This document shows, piece after piece, positions 58,412 to 64,000 of a stretch of 64,000 bases of DNA (positions are counted from its first letter, which is position 1; each line of letters begins with the position of its first letter). Made by a program: the position numbers and the translations under genes. Source of the DNA: an uncultured Clostridia bacterium. GTDB taxonomy: Bacteria > Bacillota > Clostridia > Oscillospirales > Acutalibacteraceae. The notes under the pieces are model-generated. The model had not been told where the DNA came from. It made no database searches and worked only from the letters and a program-made list of their open reading frames with translations. The stretch lies in assembly GCA_947652665.1 (NCBI GenBank), contig CANTDZ010000001.1:67-64066 (forward strand), in the 5' to 3' direction.

Positions 58412-59884
58412 ATGCTTAAAAATTGGATACCCCCGGAGAAGCCGGAAAAAGAGGAGATCAAGTCCCGTTTGAAGGCGGCGCAGGAGAAGCTCGCCCTACA
58501 GCAGATGCAGCTAAAAGACCGCAAATTGCCCGTCCTGGTGCTCATTGAGGGCTGGGGCGCGGCCGGGAAGGGCAGCTCCATCGGGCGGGTCATTCGCAAT
58601 ATCGACCCCCGCTTTTTCAAGGTGTTCTCCATGGGCTCCCCCACGGAAGAGGAGCAGCGCCTGCCGTTTTTGTACCGCTATTTTGAGAAGATTCCCGAGG
58701 CCGGCAAGTTTACATTCTTAGATTCCGGCTGGATGGACGAGATCATGAAGGACCGCCTCCAGGGCGGCATGGGCGACGAAACCTATGCCCAGCGGGTGGA
58801 CAGCGTCAAGCGCTTTGAGCGCCAGCTGACGGATAACGGCTACCTGGTGCTGAAATTCTTCTTTAACATAAGCAAAAAAGAGCAGGCCAAGCGCATTGAC
58901 GGCCTGCTGGAGGATAAAGATACCGCCTGGCGCGTTGGCCGCCGGGACGTGTGGCAGAACCGCCACTACGAAGACTGCCAGGAAGCGTTTGACCGCTATC
59001 TGACCGACACCAACACCCCCAGCGCGCCCTGGTACTTAGTAGACGCGAAGAACAAGAAGTTCGCCGAGCTGCAGGTCATGGAGACGCTGTGCACGGGCAT
59101 TGAGACCGCCCTGCACAACGACCGTTTGGCCGTGCCGCTGCTGCAAAACACATTCCCGCTGGTAAAAATGCCCAAGCTCAAGGACGTGTCTTTGGCTGAC
59201 AAAACCATCAGTGATGAAGAATATAAGTCCGAACTGGACCGCCTGCAGGGCAAGCTGCGTATGCTGCACAACCGGCTTTATCGCAAGCGCGTACCTGTGG
59301 TCATGGTCTATGAGGGCTGGGACGCCGCAGGCAAGGGCGGCAACATCAAGCGCGTCACTGGGGCTTTGGACCCCCGCGGCTTTGAGGTGCACCCTATTGC
59401 CAGCCCCGAGCCCAAAGAGAAGGCCCGGCACTATCTGTGGCGCTTCTGGACACGCCTGCCTAAAACCGGACACATCGCCATCTTTGACCGCAGCTGGTAT
59501 GGCCGCGTCATGGTGGAACGCCTGGAGGGATTCTGCACCGAAAACGACTGGCAGCGCGCCTTCTACGAAATGAACGAGTTCGAGCAGGAACTGCACAACT
59601 GGGGCGCCGTCATCCTGAAATTCTGGGTGCATATTGATTCCGACACCCAGCTGGCCCGCTTTACCGACCGTCAGAACACCCCCGCCAAGCAGTGGAAGAT
59701 CACCGACGAGGACTGGCGTAACCGCGAAAAGTGGGACGAGTATGAAATGGCCATCGACGAGATGCTGCAAAAGACCAGCACCACCTTTGCCCCCTGGCAC
59801 ATCCTGGAGTCGGTGGACAAAAAGTATGCGCGCATCAAGGCGCTGCAGATTGTGGTCGACACCTTGGAGAAGGCCCTCGACTAA
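58412..59884 (+). CDS. Polyphosphate:AMP phosphotransferase (two-domain PPK2, class II-like)
   Basis: Two PPK2 domains: EGWGAAGKG and EGWDAAGKGG, FDRSWYGRVMVER, W.ITDEDWRNR. Confidence 0.93.
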   Translation: MLKNWIPPEKPEKEEIKSRLKAAQEKLALQQMQLKDRKLPVLVLIEGWGAAGKGSSIGRVIRNIDPRFFKVFSMGSPTEEEQRLPFLYRYFEKIPEAGKFTFLDSGWMDEIMKDRLQGGMGDETYAQRVDSVKRFERQLTDNGYLVLKFFFNISKKEQAKRIDGLLEDKDTAWRVGRRDVWQNRHYEDCQEAFDRYLTDTNTPSAPWYLVDAKNKKFAELQVMETLCTGIETALHNDRLAVPLLQNTFPLVKMPKLKDVSLADKTISDEEYKSELDRLQGKLRMLHNRLYRKRVPVVMVYEGWDAAGKGGNIKRVTGALDPRGFEVHPIASPEPKEKARHYLWRFWTRLPKTGHIAIFDRSWYGRVMVERLEGFCTENDWQRAFYEMNEFEQELHNWGAVILKFWVHIDSDTQLARFTDRQNTPAKQWKITDEDWRNREKWDEYEMAIDEMLQKTSTTFAPWHILESVDKKYARIKALQIVVDTLEKALD

Positions 59885-59928
59885 CTAAATTTGATAATAA
59901 GTCTTCATTTTCTTCTTTCCTTATTGCT

Positions 59929-59958
59929 AAGGGGGAGGCCGTAAAAAGCCTCCCCCTT
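59929..59958. terminator. Bidirectional terminator between ppk2 and pilT
   Basis: AAGGGGGAGGC-8 nt-GCCTCCCCCTT. Confidence 0.75.
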
Positions 59959-59973
59959 GGTATTTTTATTTGA

Positions 59974-61029
59974 TTAACCCAGGCGCTTGCTCATTACGTC
60001 GTAATGGGCACAGTACACCAGAGCCGTCTCCTTGGTGATCTTGCCCTCCCGGTACAGCTTCAGGAGGCTGCCGTCCATGGTGCACATCCCGTCGGCCGCC
60101 CCAGACTGGAGCACGGAGTCCAGCTGATGCAGCTTATCCTCGCGGATCATGTTCTGGATGGCATTGGTGCTCTTCATGATCTCAAACACCGGCAGCAGAC
60201 GCCCGTCCACGCCGGGAACCAGCTGCTGGCACACCACGCCCTTTAAGAGCTGCGACAGCTGGATTTTCACCTGTTGCTGCTGGTTGGCCGGGAACACGTC
60301 GATAATGCGTGTGATGGTGTTGGCCACGCTGCTGGTGTGCAGGGTGCTGAACAGCAAAAGCCCCGTTTCCGTGGCCGTAATCGCCGCCGACACCGTGTCA
60401 TAGTCGCGCATCTCGCCCAGCAGGATCACGTCCGGGCTCTCCCGCAGGGCCGACCGCAGCGCCGCCGGGTAGCCCGGGGTGTCGATGGAGATTTCCCTTT
60501 GCGTCACGATGGACTTCTCGTGGCGGTAAATGTACTCAATGGGGTCCTCCATGGTGATGATGTGGCAGTCGCGGTTCTGGTTGATGCGCTGGATCATGCA
60601 GGCGATGGTCGTGGACTTGCCCGTGCCCACCGCGCCGGTCACCAACACCAGGCCCTTCTGGTTGTCGGCCAGCTCTAACACCTCGTCGGGAATGCCCAAG
60701 TCCTTGGGGTCGGGCAGGCCGAACTGGATGAGCCGTATCACCGCCGCCAGCGAGCCCCGCTGTTTGAACACGTTCACGCGGAAGCGCCCCAGCCCGGCAA
60801 TAGCGAAGGAAAAATCGTCGTCTTCGCCGTGGGCGATGTGGGTCTGCTCACGCTTGGCCAGGGCGTAAATGCCCTCAATGAGCCGCTGGGTGTCGGCCGG
60901 CTTTAGGAAGCCTTCCCCCCAACGGTTCTGGTGCCCCTTGCATTTCAGCGTGATGGGCAGGCCGGCCACGAGAAAGATGTCCGACGCCCCCTCCCCATAC
61001 GCTTTTTCTAAAATTTCCTGTATCTCCAT
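59974..61029 (-). CDS. pilT: PilT/PilU-family type IV filament ATPase
   Basis: ASDIF, GRFRVN, Walker A GAVGTGKST, TMEDPIEY, QREI, ALRESPDVILLGEMRD, TLHT, AIQNMIRE (AIRNLIRE-like). Confidence 0.92.
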   Translation of the reverse strand: MEIQEILEKAYGEGASDIFLVAGLPITLKCKGHQNRWGEGFLKPADTQRLIEGIYALAKREQTHIAHGEDDDFSFAIAGLGRFRVNVFKQRGSLAAVIRLIQFGLPDPKDLGIPDEVLELADNQKGLVLVTGAVGTGKSTTIACMIQRINQNRDCHIITMEDPIEYIYRHEKSIVTQREISIDTPGYPAALRSALRESPDVILLGEMRDYDTVSAAITATETGLLLFSTLHTSSVANTITRIIDVFPANQQQQVKIQLSQLLKGVVCQQLVPGVDGRLLPVFEIMKSTNAIQNMIREDKLHQLDSVLQSGAADGMCTMDGSLLKLYREGKITKETALVYCAHYDVMSKRLG

Positions 61030-61060
61030 GGTATTTCCTCCGGGTTTTCATAGTGAGGAT

Positions 61061-61089
61061 ATTATACCATTTGGCGTCCGATTTGTAAA
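61061..61089 (-). promoter_or_regulatory. Internal sigmaA-type promoter for pilT
   Basis: TTTACA-17-TATAAT with TGG extended -10. Confidence 0.65.
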
Positions 61090-61092
61090 TGC

Positions 61093-61458
61093 CTACTCGC
61101 CCGACCAGAGCCCGCCGATCTCCTCCGGCGCCTGCCAGTCGCTTGAATACTGCCAGCAGGCAATTTCGCCCGCAGACGTTACACCGATTTTCAGGCTCAA
61201 GCCGTCCTTCTGGGCTGTATACCAGCTTAATCCATCTTCCCCTATCTCCCGGCAGTTCGAGCGCTGCAGAGCACACAGATAGCCCTGCCCTTCCATCTCC
61301 AGCTCATATCGCTTCTGGACAAACGCCGCCTGCTTTTCCGCCATCGCCAAATCGGCCCGGGCTGTAGAAAACGTAAGGATGCCCAAAACCGTCATGCAGA
61401 TGGTGACCACCGTCAGCAAAAGCGCTAGGGGGCCTAGCCGTATGGGTACTTGTTTCAC
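61093..61458 (-). CDS. Pilin-like protein 4 (G|hydrophobic, no Glu5; GspK/PilX-like by analogy)
   Basis: MKQVPIRLG|PLALLLTVVTICMTVLGIL; GTGA coupling. Confidence 0.6.
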   Translation of the reverse strand: MKQVPIRLGPLALLLTVVTICMTVLGILTFSTARADLAMAEKQAAFVQKRYELEMEGQGYLCALQRSNCREIGEDGLSWYTAQKDGLSLKIGVTSAGEIACWQYSSDWQAPEEIGGLWSGE

Positions 61459-61817
61459 TCTTCGCCACCTCCCGTAAAAGCTCCCGTGCGCAGGGTGTAG
61501 ACGGGTTCTGCCCCGTCCAGCCAGTACACCTGGATCTCGCTTTCCACAAAATCTTCCGACTCATCCCAACTAAGCTCCACCCGAAATTCCCCGGTGTCGC
61601 CCAGCCTCTCCACGATTTCCTCCAGACCGTCAGCCTCGCCCACTAGCTCGGCGGCGTTCTCCGCCAGCACCACCGCTCGGGTGAGCACCCGCGCCTGGCT
61701 GCTCTGCTCTTTCGAGAGGGCGAACATCCGCGTCAACGTCAAAATGACGCCCACAAACACCACGATGAGCACCAGCATTTCCATATAAAACGCCGTAATA
61801 CTATGCTTGCCTTTCAT
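61455..61817 (-). CDS. Pilin-like protein 3 with a degenerate class III signal peptide
   Basis: MKGKHSIT|AFYMEMLVLIVVF (Glu at +5); ATGA coupling. Confidence 0.62.
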   Translation of the reverse strand: MKGKHSITAFYMEMLVLIVVFVGVILTLTRMFALSKEQSSQARVLTRAVVLAENAAELVGEADGLEEIVERLGDTGEFRVELSWDESEDFVESEIQVYWLDGAEPVYTLRTGAFTGGGEE

Positions 61818-62260
61818 CCCGCACCTCCGCTCCGCAGGCGCAAAAAGGCCTGGCCCTCGTCAGTAGACACCGTAAGAAGGCTCCCCTGCTGCTGAATCTC
61901 AAAGACAGCCGTCTCCCCCAGCACCTGGGCATCCTCGGGGCTCAAGGGCGCGCCGTCCTGAGCGTAATCCTCCACCAGCTTCCCGTCCCACTGGTAAATG
62001 CGCAGGGCGTACCCGCTGTCCCGGTCCCGGACGACCAGCACCGGGCCCTTCTGAACCTCCACCCCGCCCGCGTGGTCGCTGGCCCGCACGCAGGTGGATA
62101 TGTACCCCAGCAGCGCCCGGGCCCGGTTATTCGCCGCCTGGCCCTCCACGGCCTGCCGGTAGGTGGCGGCGCCGAAGGTCACCAACAGGAAAAAGCCGGC
62201 CAAAAAAAGCCCGGCTATGCCCAGGGTAAAAAACGCCTGCGACTGGCTTTTCCGATTCAA
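61814..62260 (-). CDS. DUF4860-like pilin-like protein 2
   Basis: Single N-terminal TM, GAATYR, YI...VRASD, RIYQWDGKLVE; RBS-supported TTG start (GTG at 62284 is an alternative). Confidence 0.68.
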   Translation of the reverse strand: MNRKSQSQAFFTLGIAGLFLAGFFLLVTFGAATYRQAVEGQAANNRARALLGYISTCVRASDHAGGVEVQKGPVLVVRDRDSGYALRIYQWDGKLVEDYAQDGAPLSPEDAQVLGETAVFEIQQQGSLLTVSTDEGQAFLRLRSGGAG

Positions 62261-62280
62261 ATCGCCCAGCTCCTTTCCCG

Positions 62281-62598
62281 TCACGGCTTCGGCACCACGG
62301 TCACTTGGGGGGGCAGGTTCGACGCGAACACGTCATAGACCACGTAAAAATCCTCCCGGTTGACCTGCAGGCCGTAATTTTCCTCCAAATGCTCCAGAGT
62401 CGGCGGGTAGACGCCCTCCACCACGTAGCACTGCACGGCGCTTTGGGCGATGGCATTGCGCACTGCTTGGGCCGCTTCCGCTTCTATGTCCACCTGGGAC
62501 ACCTGCACCGCCCGCCAGCACACCAGCGCAAAAATCGCCGCCGTCAGCAGCCCCAGCGCCACCAGCGGCCAAACCCTCTGTTTTTTGTCCGTATACAT
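62281..62598 (-). CDS. Pilin-like protein 1
   Basis: N-terminal TM plus amphipathic helix, then AVQCYVVEGVYPPTLEHL, resembling the pilin/GspG YP.xL..L loop. Confidence 0.65.
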   Translation of the reverse strand: MYTDKKQRVWPLVALGLLTAAIFALVCWRAVQVSQVDIEAEAAQAVRNAIAQSAVQCYVVEGVYPPTLEHLEENYGLQVNREDFYVVYDVFASNLPPQVTVVPKP

Positions 62599-62608
62599 GG
62601 GCCACCCC

Positions 62609-63649
62609 TCAACCGATGGAACTCATGATGCCCAGCAGCGGCAGCATGACGCTCAAGAGAGACACGCCCACCGTCACCAGCAGCACGCCGCTCAAAAGCG
62701 GGTCGACGATGCCCACCAGCCGGTCGGTGCGCGCGCCGCACTGCTCCTCCAAAAGCTCCGTCAGGCGCCACAGCACCGGCTCCAGACTGCCGCTGCGCTC
62801 GCCCGCCAGCAGCATCCGGCCGTAGACGGGCTCGAAAAGCTGCTCATCGTAGGCGGCCTGGGCGACGCTATGCCCTTCTTCCAGATGCTTCAGGCACTTT
62901 TCCAGCTTCTGCTCCACGGGCTTGCAAGCCACCATTTTCATGCTCTCCATCACGGCGATGTCCTGCACCTCGCCGCTGGCCAAAAACGTCGCCAGCGCCG
63001 CCGTGAAGCGGTACATCCCCATCTCCCGCAGCAGGTTCCCCGACGCCGGGAGCTTCAATAAGATGCCCTCGACCACGGAGCGCTTCTTGCTGTTCCAAAG
63101 CGCCAGGCCTATCAGCAGCGCCGCCGCCAGCAGGACCATCACTCCCAGCGCCGCCCAGCAGAACCCGTAGGCCCACTGTATGTAGCGGTACGCCGAATAG
63201 GCCAGGCTCCCCGTCAGCCGGTCGTAAACCTGGGTGAAGGCGGGCAGCACCATGGTCAGCATCAGCACCAGCACCACGATGATGAGCACCAGCATGGCCG
63301 CCGGGTACGTCACCGCGCTCCTCAGCTTCTCGGACAGGGTCTTCTGCCCCGCATAATATTTTGCCAGCCGGAACAAAACGTCCTCCAGCCGGCCCGAGCT
63401 CTCTCCCGCCGCCACCATGCGCACGGCGTACTCCGGGAACAGGCCCGTCTTCTCCAGCGCCGCCGACAAATTCGAGCCTTCTTCCAGCTCCTTCTGCACC
63501 TGGCCCAGGCCGGTCTCCAAGGGCCCGGGCTTCGAGTTCTCCTGGCGCAGCAAGCCTACGGCCTCCTCGGTCTGGATTCCCGCCTGGAGCATCATCCCCA
63601 TGCTTTCACAAAAAGCGCTGATCCCCAGCGCGTCCAATTTTTTTTGCAT
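62609..63649 (-). CDS. Type II secretion/type IV pilus platform protein (GspF/PilC family), short form of 346 aa
   Basis: Two T2SSF domains (FCESMGMMLQAGI...AGESSGRLE; FTAALATFLASG...AGERSGSLE), AVTYP, LPLLGIM. Confidence 0.92.
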   Translation of the reverse strand: MQKKLDALGISAFCESMGMMLQAGIQTEEAVGLLRQENSKPGPLETGLGQVQKELEEGSNLSAALEKTGLFPEYAVRMVAAGESSGRLEDVLFRLAKYYAGQKTLSEKLRSAVTYPAAMLVLIIVVLVLMLTMVLPAFTQVYDRLTGSLAYSAYRYIQWAYGFCWAALGVMVLLAAALLIGLALWNSKKRSVVEGILLKLPASGNLLREMGMYRFTAALATFLASGEVQDIAVMESMKMVACKPVEQKLEKCLKHLEEGHSVAQAAYDEQLFEPVYGRMLLAGERSGSLEPVLWRLTELLEEQCGARTDRLVGIVDPLLSGVLLVTVGVSLLSVMLPLLGIMSSIG

Positions 63650-63670
63650 CAAACCGCCCCTCCAAGCCTG

Positions 63671-64000
63671 CTAAAAATATTTTGTATCGGTATAATTGGT
63701 CCCGTCCCCGATAAATTCCGCATCACTGCCGTTGGCCGCAAAGGTGGGGTCCAGCCGGTTCCAGCTATTGGATTCCACCTCATACTGCACCGTGACCCAC
63801 CCGCTCTCCTGGGTGTAGAACATATTCCACGCGTGGTACAGCTCGTCGGGCTGCACGTAGCCAAACACCATTTTCGTGGGGATTCCTTGGCTGCGCAGCA
63901 TGGCCGCCGCCAGGCTGGCGTAGTCGAAGCAGATGCCCTTCCCGCTCTGCAGGGTCTTGTCGGGGTCGGGCAGATAGGAGCTCTCCACCGTCTGGGCCAG
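63671..64000 (-). CDS. Transglutaminase-like domain protein, C-terminal part (5' end outside the window)
   Basis: YLPDPDKTL..GKGICFDYA (Cys), LRSQGIPTK, YHAWN (His), LDPT (Asp); frame is open to the window edge. Confidence 0.88.
   Translation of the reverse strand: MAQTVESSYLPDPDKTLQSGKGICFDYASLAAAMLRSQGIPTKMVFGYVQPDELYHAWNMFYTQESGWVTVQYEVESNSWNRLDPTFAANGSDAEFIGDGTNYTDTKYF

Noticed and set aside
59974-64000. Assigning the locus to Com (comG), Tad or canonical T4aP
   Set aside because: The ATPase is PilT-like rather than ComGA, TadA or PilB, there are no canonical GFTLxE pilins or Flp, and the platform is a single two-domain PilC rather than TadB/C.

Overview
Core-genome window from a GC-rich, spore-forming Clostridia member. 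Gene content and protein style suggest Oscillospiraceae/Acutalibacteraceae; this is inference, not a database result. From left to right it contains: a disrupted MalT-like regulator at the left edge; a TlpA/CxxC-microprotein/polyferredoxin redox module; deoC; a complete arg operon (argGHCJ-2 ORFs-BDF) with an ARG box; serine hydrolase-hflX-DUF998; groESL with CIRCE; sporulation/division genes (yabM-hup-yabO-yabP-yabQ-divIC-S1, spoIIE); HPr, NFACT/RqcH, Nif3 and trmK; a Trp-specifier T-box controlling an aminotransferase-trpS operon; udp; an SPFH/ribbon-helix-helix pair; a remodelled his operon (no hisH or hisF, HisA-HisI fusion, inserted ORFs, ilvB appended); the polC-ispG-rseP-dxr-cdsA-uppS-frr-pyrH block; a histidine-phosphatase/glutaredoxin fusion; a small AT-rich islet; and ppk2. 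The best candidate for an undescribed system is at the right edge: a compact, translationally coupled type IV filament-like locus. It comprises a transglutaminase-like protein, a short PilC/GspF platform, four pilin-like proteins with non-canonical signal peptides, and a PilT-clade ATPase as the only visible motor. I found no tRNA, rRNA, CRISPR array, integrase or transposase. Start codons were adjusted by eye using RBS evidence. All family assignments come from motif recognition only.
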